Part shown: positions 19,736-28,842 of the stretch, one piece after another
How the letters are laid out: the number at the start of each line of letters is the position of its first letter
Position numbering within the stretch: the first letter of the stretch is position 1
Origin: Candidatus Bathyarchaeota archaeon
GTDB lineage: Archaea; Thermoproteota; Bathyarchaeia; Bathyarchaeales; Bathycorpusculaceae
Direction: 5' to 3'
DNA: 64,000 bases
NCBI GenBank assembly: GCA_963815095.1
Contig: CAWFFH010000003.1
Location: 736,001-800,000, forward strand
Made by a program: the position numbers and the translations under genes
Notes under the pieces: generated by a model
What the model saw: the letters and a program-made list of their open reading frames with translations, nothing else
Told to the model about the DNA's origin: nothing
Databases searched by the model: none

Positions 19736-20482
19736 GTGCGAGAATATCACTTTCTTATACTAATATCTTCTGCCATTTTGTTACTTCTATCTTCCTTTTT
19801 GGTTAATTCCAGTACTGCACAGATGCCGATGATGACTCCTACTCCAACTCCTACAACAAATAGCCCGGGAGTCTTATTTGTTCTAATTGGGATAGCAATC
19901 GTCGTTTCTGTAGCAGTTATTGTCATTTACTTTGTCTATTCAAGAAATAAAAATAAAAAAATGGAAGGATTTTCTGAATCCAAATCCATGACACTCAGAG
20001 AAATGCAACCGACAGCTAATTCAAAAATAGATACCAAAGGCAAAGTCTCAAGACCTTTCGATGTCTTTCTGTGCTATAAAAAAAGTTCAGGTAAAGATTA
20101 TGCTGACCATTTGAAATCAGGTTTAGAAGAGCTTGGATTGCACACATTCGAGGATTGCAAAGACATCCCTCTAACTGTGAACACTGAAGAGGGTTGGGCA
20201 TGTGATCGTGATAAAGCATTGGAGGAAAGCCGATATTTTGTTCTTGTCATGACTCCTGGCTTCAATTTATCGTCTGAAGTTGTTAAAGAAATAGGCATGG
20301 CAAGAAAACAAGGTAACAAGACATTTGTTTTCTTTAGACATCGGAGCATGGGGCGAAGTATAGTGGTTAATTTGGGAGATGAGGTTTTTGATATTGGAAA
20401 ACTTGAGCAAGTATCTTTTGAGACCAAAGAAGAGCTGTTGCGGCTTTCGCATGACATTCTTTTTAAAGCTAAGAATCCGTAG
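19736..20482 (+). CDS. Membrane-anchored TIR-domain protein
   Basis: Signal/TM, PT linker and TM, then FDVFLCY..DYADHLK..L.GLHTFED..ALEESRYFVLVMTP..SSEVVKEI (TIR with catalytic-position Glu). Confidence 0.8.
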   Translation: MREYHFLILISSAILLLLSSFLVNSSTAQMPMMTPTPTPTTNSPGVLFVLIGIAIVVSVAVIVIYFVYSRNKNKKMEGFSESKSMTLREMQPTANSKIDTKGKVSRPFDVFLCYKKSSGKDYADHLKSGLEELGLHTFEDCKDIPLTVNTEEGWACDRDKALEESRYFVLVMTPGFNLSSEVVKEIGMARKQGNKTFVFFRHRSMGRSIVVNLGDEVFDIGKLEQVSFETKEELLRLSHDILFKAKNP

Positions 20483-20710
20483 GTTTTTATTAGTTTATAA
20501 CGTGAATTATCGCCTTGTTTTGCGACTTTGGTGTATTTTTGCACAGTTCAACACCTTACTTTGTAAGGCTGCTGCCTTCCATGGATTTCAGAATTAGGGC
20601 GCGAAAGACCTATAAGCCTGTTATATTATATATTAGAATATTAGAATGTGTATGGTGGTTTAAGGTTGAAACCAAAATCGAGAAAGGATGTTAACTCAGC
20701 CTTCAACAGG

Positions 20711-20750
20711 TGTTTCAAAACTGTTTCAGATCTGTTTCAGCCAACTATCA
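20711..20750 (+). promoter_or_regulatory. Three phased TGTTTCA direct repeats plus GCCAACTATCA
   Basis: TGTTTCA at 20711, 20722 and 20733 (11-bp period). Confidence 0.75.
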
Positions 20751-20799
20751 TATCATTCGAATACCATAATATAGATAAATAAAAATCGGAGGAAAAAAA

Positions 20800-21636
20800 A
20801 TGAAAAACTTGAAAATAATAACATTCGTTGGCGTTGCAGCGATAGTAGCTGTATTATTAGCTTCAACCGCAATTGCTGCAGCCATGATGGGCGGCGGTGG
20901 TTACGGAGGCTATGGAGGAATGATGGGAGGAGGCTATGGCACCGGCTACGGATACAACAGCCCACCATACACAACAGGAGCAACCATTCCCACGACACCA
21001 ACATCACAATACTATCAGCCAGTTTACCCGATGATGTTCGGAGGCGGCATGATGGGACGGTTTGGAAATGGCTACGGATTTGGCGGAATGATGAGCGGCT
21101 ATGGATACACAGCGCCATACACATACACTGGTACACCACTAACAATTACCAATGCAGTAACAATAGCCCAAAATTATGTGTCCTCGATAGGCAATCCCAA
21201 CTTAGTAGTTAAACAAGTGGAAGAATTTTCAGCGAACTTCTATGTCCAAGTTAACGAGAAAAGCCCAGGCAACGGAGCATTCGAACTGCTAATCAACAAA
21301 TACACAGGCAGCATCTATCCAGAAATGGGTCCTAACATGATGTGGAACACAAAATACGGCATGATGAGAGGCGGAATCTTGGGCGGCATCTTTGGAACCC
21401 CAACCACAACCATGACAGTAACACCTGCACAAGCAACAACAGACGCACAACAATACCTAAACACCTACGTGAGCGGAGCAACCACTGGTGATGTGAACAC
21501 ATTCTATGGCTACTATACTATCGAAGTGCTTAACGGCGGAACAACCTATGGGATGCTCAGCGTCAACGGCTTCAGCGGACAAGTTTGGGTCCACACATGG
21601 CATGGAACCTTCGTCCAAGAACAGATAGTGAGCTAA
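20800..21636 (+). CDS. Exported Met/Gly/Tyr-rich protein with PepSY-like repeats
   Basis: Signal peptide; multiple GMMG; FELLINKYTG..PEMGPNMMWN and GMLSVNGFSGQVWVHTWHG. Confidence 0.75.
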   Translation: MKNLKIITFVGVAAIVAVLLASTAIAAAMMGGGGYGGYGGMMGGGYGTGYGYNSPPYTTGATIPTTPTSQYYQPVYPMMFGGGMMGRFGNGYGFGGMMSGYGYTAPYTYTGTPLTITNAVTIAQNYVSSIGNPNLVVKQVEEFSANFYVQVNEKSPGNGAFELLINKYTGSIYPEMGPNMMWNTKYGMMRGGILGGIFGTPTTTMTVTPAQATTDAQQYLNTYVSGATTGDVNTFYGYYTIEVLNGGTTYGMLSVNGFSGQVWVHTWHGTFVQEQIVS

Positions 21637-21645
21637 GAAATCCAA

Positions 21646-21672
21646 TCCCCTTCTTTTTTGTAATTTCACATT
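21646..21672 (+). terminator. Oligo-T terminator
   Basis: CCCCTTCTTTTTTGTAATTT immediately after the 20800 gene. Confidence 0.45.
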
Positions 21673-21696
21673 TGGAAGAATAGAAAACCTAAAGAG

Positions 21697-22077
21697 ATGA
21701 AAACCATGTCAGAATATGCAACTAAGCAGGCAACTGAAATGTCGAAACGAACCTTTGACATGTCAATATACGAATTACAGGCAGAGATTTCAAAAACAAT
21801 AGCTCACCCTCTAAGGATTGCCATTATACATACCTTAAGAGATGGCGAGAAAACTGTAAACGACCTCACCCAAACACTGGGCGTCAGTCAATCCAATGTA
21901 TCTCAGCACTTAGCAATAATGAGACAAAGACAAATCGTCAAAACAAGAAAAGAGGGCTCAACAGTTTACTATCGAGTGTCAAGTCCTAAAATCAGCCAAG
22001 CTTGCGACATGGTTCGAGAGGTACTCATAGAACAGCTCAGCCAAAGACAAGAAATGGCAAAGAACTTCGAGCTATAA
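21697..22077 (+). CDS. ArsR/SmtB family transcriptional regulator
   Basis: IAHPLRIAII..L..GEKTVNDL..SQSNVSQHLA.MR...RKEG.TVYY; real start may be further downstream (21739). Confidence 0.9.
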   Translation: MKTMSEYATKQATEMSKRTFDMSIYELQAEISKTIAHPLRIAIIHTLRDGEKTVNDLTQTLGVSQSNVSQHLAIMRQRQIVKTRKEGSTVYYRVSSPKISQACDMVREVLIEQLSQRQEMAKNFEL

Positions 22078-22287
22078 GAGGAATTAAAAAATGTGCCCTT
22101 TTGGTTTTGGATGCGGTTGCGGCGGAGGATCCAATAATGAAAGAAAAGAAGTCACCCGCGAGGTAATACGAGAAGTTGTCATGATTCCTTGCAAATACTG
22201 CGGCGCCCTCTTTCAACAAACAGCAACATTTTGTCCCCATTGTGGAGCAAAGAGAACGGTTTAAAACTAAAGAAAAATAACATATAA

Positions 22288-23031
22288 TTGGAGATCTTTA
22301 TTTTGTCCAAACTAAAACTATTAACAGTTATTCTGACAACTGCCCTTTTGGCGGCATTCGTATTTCCTGTTTTTGCCCTAACATACAATCCAGGCGTTGT
22401 GTCGGGGCAATATGTAAAATATGGTAATTTTGTCGGCGTCGGTCAAGGAGTTGAGTCCTTCAATGATTACGACTGGCTAAAGCTACAAGTGACAGATGTT
22501 TCTGGAAAATCAGTCACTTTGCTTTCAACGAGCCAATATAAGAACGGAACTGCTATCGCAGGCAATGGCACCGTGTCAGTTTGGAATATTGAAACAGGAA
22601 CCCAAGACGGTGTTCCAACTACCCAAGGTCCAATCATAGCCGCAAATTTGAACCAAGGTGACCTAATACCCCCTCCTAACACTTATATCGTAAATAGTAC
22701 TGAGAGCCGAACCTACCTCGGTGCTAGCCGAACGGTGAATATTCTTGATGCTTCCCTTTCAACGCCAGATTATAACGCAACTCTAACTTACGTTTATGAT
22801 AAAGAGTCCGGGATGTTACTTGAATCAACCACTCAAACAACAACTCAAGCAGACCCCCAACCGGTAACAACGACAATTTCCTACAGCATAATTGAAACCA
22901 ACATTTTCGGCTCATCATCGAATCCATCGCCTTCTGTTCCAGAGCTACCCATCCTATCAGTTGGAGTTGTCTTCATTATTGTCTTGATAGGTGCAGTTGT
23001 AACCCTTATTGTGGTCAAGAAGAAAAATTAA
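22288..23031 (+). CDS. Exported cell-surface protein with PEF-CTERM-like anchor
   Basis: Signal peptide; YDKESGMLLE; C-terminal PSPSVPEL + TM + KKKN. Confidence 0.75.
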   Translation: MEIFILSKLKLLTVILTTALLAAFVFPVFALTYNPGVVSGQYVKYGNFVGVGQGVESFNDYDWLKLQVTDVSGKSVTLLSTSQYKNGTAIAGNGTVSVWNIETGTQDGVPTTQGPIIAANLNQGDLIPPPNTYIVNSTESRTYLGASRTVNILDASLSTPDYNATLTYVYDKESGMLLESTTQTTTQADPQPVTTTISYSIIETNIFGSSSNPSPSVPELPILSVGVVFIIVLIGAVVTLIVVKKKN

Positions 23032-23201
23032 ACGTTTAGTTTATTTTTTTTTACATACTTCAATTGTGAAGTGTGTCATTCCTCAGGGTCAACCTCGCTT
23101 CTTAATAGCATATTCTTTGAAGCTCGTTTTAACATCTCGTCTTTATTCAAGTTTTTTGGAACAAGAATTTTGTTTAAGAGGTTCCCTCAACCCTAAAGGG
23201 G

Positions 23202-23801
23202 TTAGGAAATATTTGGTTGCCTGTGGGTGCCCATGCCGTACCAGAAGAAAACTTTTGCCACAATAGCCGTTAATACAGCGGCAAGCATACGGGCCAAGAC
23301 GGTTAGTGCAAATCCTATTGTTCCTGTGACTACGTTTGCAGTCGACATTTGGAATATTGTAAACATTACTATGCCGCCAATTGTGCAGGAGACTAAGCTA
23401 GAAATGAGCAGTCTTTTGAAATTGTCTGACCTCTTGTTTAATGCTCCAGCCATGTAGCCGATTAACATTGGACTCACTACGTATGCTAATAAGACTGTTC
23501 CTGAACCTGGTATTCCATGGAAGCTGTTTGCCCAGTACAATGCGTAGAATGCGCCCATTAAGAAGCCTGAAGCTCCGCCTGCCCATTGGTTCCACAGTAA
23601 ACCAAGGGCTAAGGGAACACCAACTATGACAACAAGTTCCAGTATTTCCATCGTAAGTCCAAGTACGATTCCCGGACCGCCGCCGACTAGCGACGGAAGT
23701 TTCGAAATCAACACAATCACGAAAATGGCGACTACAGGAAGAATAATTCCAAAAATTATATCATTCTTTGTCCATTTTTTCCAATCTAAGCCCATAAACA
23801 A
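23202..23801 (-). CDS. Hypothetical membrane protein (ECF S-component-like size and topology)
   Basis: About 6 TM helices; WNQWAGGASGFLMG. Confidence 0.6.
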   Translation of the reverse strand: MFMGLDWKKWTKNDIIFGIILPVVAIFVIVLISKLPSLVGGGPGIVLGLTMEILELVVIVGVPLALGLLWNQWAGGASGFLMGAFYALYWANSFHGIPGSGTVLLAYVVSPMLIGYMAGALNKRSDNFKRLLISSLVSCTIGGIVMFTIFQMSTANVVTGTIGFALTVLARMLAAVLTAIVAKVFFWYGMGTHRQPNIS

Positions 23802-23963
23802 GCCCCTGCTTGTACCAATTAATCCATAAGTATATTTAAAATTTGTTATATATGTCGATGGGAAACCCCCAGAGCTTGTTTGATAAGTTTAAATCCTTTA
23901 GTTACTTAACAGATACATAGCAATTTTTTACTCGTTTATATATGGTGAAAAGGAGGTGGTTTA

Positions 23964-24248
23964 ATGTTATATGAAGCGACCCATTCTCATCCAGCGGCAC
24001 AATGTCCTTTGTTAAGTCCGGAAGGGAAAGGCATGCTCAAGCAACTTTTTTCTGAGCAGAACATAAAAAACGCAGGAATCAACCTGACAGCCGCCTACAT
24101 GAGCTGCCCTCAAGACACAGCCGTAGATCACAAAGGGTTCTTTACGATAGAAGCTCAGAATCCAGAAGCAATCAAAAAATTCTTTGGTCCAATGGCAGTT
24201 GAAATAAGACCGGTCAAACCCTTAAGTGAAGTGGCAAAAACCCTATAA
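23964..24248 (+). CDS. Small hypothetical protein with HxHxxxxCP motif
   Basis: Strong SD AGGAGGTG; HSHPAAQCP...SCP...DHKGFF suggests metal ligation. Confidence 0.7.
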   Translation: MLYEATHSHPAAQCPLLSPEGKGMLKQLFSEQNIKNAGINLTAAYMSCPQDTAVDHKGFFTIEAQNPEAIKKFFGPMAVEIRPVKPLSEVAKTL

Positions 24249-24344
24249 TTTACTTTGGACATTCTACCTTAAAGATATCTGTTCAGGGCAAAAATAACAA
24301 AATATTCAAGCCCTATTTTTTTACTAATATTTGAATTGGTTAAT

Positions 24345-26771
24345 ATGGATAAGAATCAAGCCTCCGATGACTTTAGCGCTCTGACAATAGATGAAACTTT
24401 GAGCCGATTAAGCAGTAATTACGCGAGAGGTTTAGCTGAAACAGAAGTAAAGCAAAGAATTGAACAATATGGTCCTAATGCAGTAGAGGAAAAACAACAA
24501 AACTCCGTTGTTTCATTTTTGAAACGTTTTTGGGGTTTAACCGCTTGGATGCTTGAAATAGCAATTGTAATATCATTTATTTTAGGTAATTATTTAGACC
24601 TGTACATAATCACAGCTTTACTGCTTGTAAATGCGCTTTTAGGGTTTTTTCAGGAAAAGCAGGCAACAAGAGCTGTAAAAAAACTCAAACAAAAGCTGCA
24701 ATTGCAAGCAAGAGTGTTAAGAGATGGATTATGGTCAACAATTAGTTCTGAAGAGTTGGTTCCTGGCGACATTATTCGAATAAGGTCGGGTGATTTCGTA
24801 CCCTCAGATCTTAAAATCATTGATGCCGAGATCTCTGTAGATCAGTCGACAATAACTGGAGAATCTATGCCTTTTGAAAAGAAAAAAAGTGACCTTGTCT
24901 TTTCTGGTTCAATGATACGAAAGGGTGAAGCCACAGGTATAGTGACTTCTACAGGTGCTCATACATATTTTGGTAAAACAGCCCAATTGGTTCAGCTAGC
25001 TAAACCAAAATTACATATGGAAAAAGTCATCTCTGGATTAATGAAGTGGCTTCTAATTTTGGTTGTCACATTGCTTGCTGTTGCTTTTGCAGTTTCGTGG
25101 ATACGTGGCATTAACCTTTTGGTAATGCTATCTTTGGCTTTAATTTTGTTGGTGTCGGCAATACCAGTTGCCCTACCAACAATGTTCACTGTTACAATGG
25201 CTCTTGGATCACAGGAGCTCGCAAAGAAAGGAGTCTTAGTTACACGCCTTAGTGCATCTGAAGACGCTGCTCTCATGGATGTTTTATGTGTGGACAAAAC
25301 AGGTACACTCACCATGAATATGCTCAAGATAGCTGATGTCGTAGAAATTAATGGCTACACAAAAGATGACGTTATGTTATTTGGCGCTTTAGCGTCTCAA
25401 AAAGCGAACCAAGACCCTATAGACATAGCATTTCTAGTAGCGGCACAAGAAAAAAACCTGCCATTAAATGAGTATACTCAAAAAACATTTATTCCGTTTG
25501 ATCCAACGACCAGAAGAACGGAGGCAGTTCTCGAGAAAAATGGAGATGAATTGCGTGTCACCAAAGGTGCTGTTGCAGTAATAGCGCCAATGTCGGGAAT
25601 TTATGAGAAAGAACTTGCCGATTTAGAGACAAAAATGGAATCCTTCGCAAGTAGGGGGTGCCGAATTATTGCTGTCGCCGTTAGTAGTCAAGTAGCGAAA
25701 ATGCAACTTGCCGGTTTAGTGGCACTCAATGATCAGCCTAGAGCTGATTCTGCAGGCATCATATCAAAACTTCGAGCGCTGGGAATATCTGTTAAAATGC
25801 TTACTGGGGATTCTTTACCGATCGCAAAACAGGTGGCCGAAGAGGTACATTTAGGTAACAAAATAGCACGCGCTCCTAAAATCAAAGAGATGGCACGCAA
25901 AGATGCGATTGTTGCGGCAGGGATAGTTGAAAAAAGCGATGGCTTCGCTGAAATTTACCCTGAAGGTAAATACCAAATTGTAAAAGCTCTGCAGTCTGAA
26001 AGGCATGTTGTTGGGATGACGGGAGATGGCATAAATGATGCTCCAGCCTTAAAGCAAGCTGAAGTAGGAATAGCGGTAAGTAATGCAACTGATGTAGCAA
26101 AGGGTGCGGCAAGCGTTGTTCTTACAACACCCGGATTATCAAACATTTTAAGTCTTGTAATATCTGGAAGAATGATTTATCAAAGAATTCTAACGTGGAT
26201 ATTTAATAAAATTGTAAAAACATTCCAAGTAGTAGTGTTTGTCGTTCTGGCCTTTCTTTCTACTGGACTATTCGTTGTCAACGCCTTTCAGGTTGTATTA
26301 TTACTGTTTCTAGTTGATTTTGTCACGATTTCACTTGCTACTGATAATGCTAGACCCTCAGAAAAGCCTGAAACTTGGAACATATCTTCCCTTCTTAAGG
26401 CGTCTATTATCCTAGGCGTCTTTATTGTTGTCGAATCCTTTGGACTGCTATACTTAGGTTTAACATTCTTGGATCTTTCAAATATTTCTCAGCTAAACAC
26501 GTTTGTTTTTGATATTCTGCTATTTGGGGGGTTATTTACAATTTTTGTAGTGCGAGAAAGAGGTAATTTCTGGGAATCAAAACCTAGTAAGCCGCTCTTT
26601 GTCGCGATTGTTGTTGACATAATCATCTCTTCGCTATTATCAGTTATCGGTATACCGGGACTGGCGCCTATACCACCACTTTACGTAGCTATAGTTTTAG
26701 GTTGGTTCTTTGTTTTTGGAATTTTATTAAATGACCAAATAAAGAATCGATTGATTAATCAGAAAATGTAG
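24345..26771 (+). CDS. Plasma-membrane type H+-exporting P3A ATPase
   Basis: TGES, AIPVALP, DKTGTLT, DPID, FIPFDP, KGA and [13 protein letters not shown]; Asp in the TM6 position (LVDFVT). Confidence 0.9.
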   Translation: MDKNQASDDFSALTIDETLSRLSSNYARGLAETEVKQRIEQYGPNAVEEKQQNSVVSFLKRFWGLTAWMLEIAIVISFILGNYLDLYIITALLLVNALLGFFQEKQATRAVKKLKQKLQLQARVLRDGLWSTISSEELVPGDIIRIRSGDFVPSDLKIIDAEISVDQSTITGESMPFEKKKSDLVFSGSMIRKGEATGIVTSTGAHTYFGKTAQLVQLAKPKLHMEKVISGLMKWLLILVVTLLAVAFAVSWIRGINLLVMLSLALILLVSAIPVALPTMFTVTMALGSQELAKKGVLVTRLSASEDAALMDVLCVDKTGTLTMNMLKIADVVEINGYTKDDVMLFGALASQKANQDPIDIAFLVAAQEKNLPLNEYTQKTFIPFDPTTRRTEAVLEKNGDELRVTKGAVAVIAPMSGIYEKELADLETKMESFASRGCRIIAVAVSSQVAKMQLAGLVALNDQPRADSAGIISKLRALGISVKMLTGDSLPIAKQVAEEVHLGNKIARAPKIKEMARKDAIVAAGIVEKSDGFAEIYPEGKYQIVKALQSERHVVGMTGDGINDAPALKQAEVGIAVSNATDVAKGAASVVLTTPGLSNILSLVISGRMIYQRILTWIFNKIVKTFQVVVFVVLAFLSTGLFVVNAFQVVLLLFLVDFVTISLATDNARPSEKPETWNISSLLKASIILGVFIVVESFGLLYLGLTFLDLSNISQLNTFVFDILLFGGLFTIFVVRERGNFWESKPSKPLFVAIVVDIIISSLLSVIGIPGLAPIPPLYVAIVLGWFFVFGILLNDQIKNRLINQKM

Positions 26772-26788
26772 AACGGCGGCGATTTAAC

Positions 26789-26983
26789 TCAACTAGTTTT
26801 TAATATAATTGCTTTGGCGCGGCATTTTGTTATGCAATCGCCGCATCCCCGACAAAATGTAGGGTCTACAAAAGTGGGGTCGTTGTTATCTATCTGAAAA
26901 ATAGCTTTTAGGGGGCATGCCTTTGCTGCTTGACACTCAATACATCGTAAGCATTTGTTTGGTTCAATGAAGGCCTTATGCAT
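26789..26983 (-). CDS. Small 4Fe-4S ferredoxin
   Basis: CLRCIEC..AKACP and CRGCGDCITKC; ATG 26983 after GTGAGGG. Confidence 0.8.
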   Translation of the reverse strand: MHKAFIEPNKCLRCIECQAAKACPLKAIFQIDNNDPTFVDPTFCRGCGDCITKCRAKAIILKTS

Positions 26984-27094
26984 AGCCCTCACTTGGAAGG
27001 TTTCCACAACGTCTTGTTGCAATTTACGACCCGACTGACTACTGCAACCGTCGAAATTCCTAGTAAGCTAACAAGCAACAAAAGCTTAATCATG

Positions 27095-27589
27095 TTAAAC
27101 TCCCCGAGGCAATGCTGCCTCTTTTGGGGTTTTTGGTTTTCTTGGTCGCCATGTTAAAGCACTATAGATCGTAAACACTAAGAGCGCCACAAACACTGCT
27201 GCTTTGATTGCCGTGAAATTTGTGACTGCAGAGTAAAGTGCGAATGTTGCCGGGAACGCTCCAATATAGAGGCTATAGAGTATTGCTGTGGGTAGCTTGT
27301 AGTTGTATTTGTAGTCTTTGAAGAGGCGTCTGCCAAAGTATAGTGCCGCTAGACGTCCCATTCCGTGAGTGCATTTTATGCAGTTGTAGCATGGTCTTAG
27401 GCATCCAAGAATGTTTAGCAGACCATAAATTAAGATCAGGGTAACTACAAAAAAGACAATGCCGTCAATTAAATTAAATAGTAGAAAAGCGGCTGAGTCA
27501 AGAATGATCCATATGAAAAGGGCAAGGTTGCCGAGTGAAACTAATTTTTTGGGGAAGAAAATTGGGCGACCGTTTTTTGGTTCTGTCAT
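27095..27589 (-). CDS. Membrane protein with a Cys cluster
   Basis: 4 TM segments; GCLRPCYNCIKCTHGMG. Confidence 0.7.
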   Translation of the reverse strand: MTEPKNGRPIFFPKKLVSLGNLALFIWIILDSAAFLLFNLIDGIVFFVVTLILIYGLLNILGCLRPCYNCIKCTHGMGRLAALYFGRRLFKDYKYNYKLPTAILYSLYIGAFPATFALYSAVTNFTAIKAAVFVALLVFTIYSALTWRPRKPKTPKEAALPRGV

Positions 27590-27738
27590 AACAGCCTCTT
27601 CCAAGTGATTGAAATATAAGGTTTTTTTAGCATAAAAAATTCGCGTGCATGCAATAAGTTGTTCCAGCTGATATCAAGGAGGTTGTCGCCAGCAAACCGT
27701 GATTTTACCGCTTCTATTTTTTCTTCAACACTCGTCAT
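27586..27738 (-). CDS. Unannotated 50-aa ORF
   Basis: MTSVEEKIEAVKSRFAGDNLL...; SD GAGGA; stop overlaps the next ATG (ATGA). Confidence 0.35.
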   Translation of the reverse strand: MTSVEEKIEAVKSRFAGDNLLDISWNNLLHAREFFMLKKPYISITWKRLL

Positions 27739-27757
27739 ATGCTATCCTCTGTGGTTG

Positions 27758-28168
27758 CTATTCCAGATGCCGTTTGATCATCGCTTCGATATGCGCTTTG
27801 GGGTAAGCGCCAACTAATCTTTCAACTTCTTTGCCATGATTGAAGATGATTATAGTTGGAATGCTCATTATTCCAAAGCTGCTCGGCACTACTTGATTCT
27901 CGTCAACGTTCATTTTTCCAAACGCTGCTTTACCTGTATATTCAGCTGATAGCGCCTCAATTATGGGTCCTACCATTCGGCATGGTCCACACCATGGAGC
28001 CCAAAAGTCTGCCACTAGTAATTTGTTTGCTTCGACTGATGCTGAAAAGTTGTTATCAGTTAGAACTATTGGCTGTTTTGCAATTGGTTTTTGGCATTTT
28101 TTTGCATCCTCTATCATGGATTGAATTTTTCTAATTTTTATTTGTTCTACTTCATTTTCTTCATTCAT
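27758..28168 (-). CDS. trxA: Thioredoxin
   Basis: DFWAPWCGPC and SIPT. Confidence 0.95.
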   Translation of the reverse strand: MNEENEVEQIKIRKIQSMIEDAKKCQKPIAKQPIVLTDNNFSASVEANKLLVADFWAPWCGPCRMVGPIIEALSAEYTGKAAFGKMNVDENQVVPSSFGIMSIPTIIIFNHGKEVERLVGAYPKAHIEAMIKRHLE

Positions 28169-28201
28169 GCCTTAACTACCTTCGTTTTCTTTTTGTTGGG
28201 G

Positions 28202-28312
28202 CTATTCAGATTGTTTTTGAGCGTTTTCCCTGGCTACCCAGACCTTGCAGGTTGGAGAGTGGTCACATAGTTCTTCGGGGATACCACGAGGGCATTCAAT
28301 TTTTTTCTGCAT
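28202..28312 (-). CDS. Unannotated 36-aa Cys/His mini-protein
   Basis: MQKKIECPRGIPEELCDHSPTCKVWVARENAQKQSE; AGGAAG upstream; first gene before trxA. Confidence 0.55.
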   Translation of the reverse strand: MQKKIECPRGIPEELCDHSPTCKVWVARENAQKQSE

Positions 28313-28364
28313 TGCTAAACTTCCTATGTTGTAATAATGTAACTCACATCCAAATATATCTTAC

Positions 28365-28390
28365 GGTATTGTCAATACCAAACAATACCA
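28365..28390. promoter_or_regulatory. Palindromic operator in a divergent promoter
   Basis: GGTATTG-t-CAATACC (28365-28379) plus an extra CAATACCA half-site at 28383. Confidence 0.6.
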
Positions 28391-28420
28391 TTTATATGTA
28401 AGATTTGATAAATAGTCTTT

Positions 28421-28798
28421 ATGGAAAGCATTAATCTACTGACAAAAAAGGGCGCCTCCTGTACTGACTTGCTTACATGTTTATATAACCTAAAACCCGC
28501 AGACCTTGAAACTCTCCTTGCAGTGGCAAAAAATGAGAACGCTACGCTTGACCAAATCGCAAAAATAGTGCGGAAGGATCGAAGCTCAGTGCACCGCTGT
28601 CTTTCTAAGCTTGTAAGCATAAATTTAGTAAACAAGCAGTCAAAATCCCTCAAAGGCGGCGGATACTACCACACTTACGCTATGCTTGACTCAGAAACAA
28701 TTAAGAAGCATGCACTCGAGCGAGTAAAAGAAATCACTGAAAGCCTTGAATCACTTGTAGACAGCTTCGAATTAGATCTTCAAAAACACTTAAAATAA
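28421..28798 (+). CDS. TrmB-like/COG3355 HTH transcriptional regulator
   Basis: CTDLLTCLYNL...TLDQIAK...DRSSVHRCLSKL...GGYYHTY. Confidence 0.85.
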   Translation: MESINLLTKKGASCTDLLTCLYNLKPADLETLLAVAKNENATLDQIAKIVRKDRSSVHRCLSKLVSINLVNKQSKSLKGGGYYHTYAMLDSETIKKHALERVKEITESLESLVDSFELDLQKHLK

Positions 28799-28842
28799 GC
28801 AAAAAAGTCAAAAAAAAAGAACATGATGGCTACATTTGATGC

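Noticed and set aside
18565-20750. CRISPR or iteron interpretation of the TGTTTCA repeats
   Set aside because: The repeats are 7 bp with 4-5 bp spacers in promoter positions; there are no cas or rep genes, and no CRISPR array was seen anywhere in the window.
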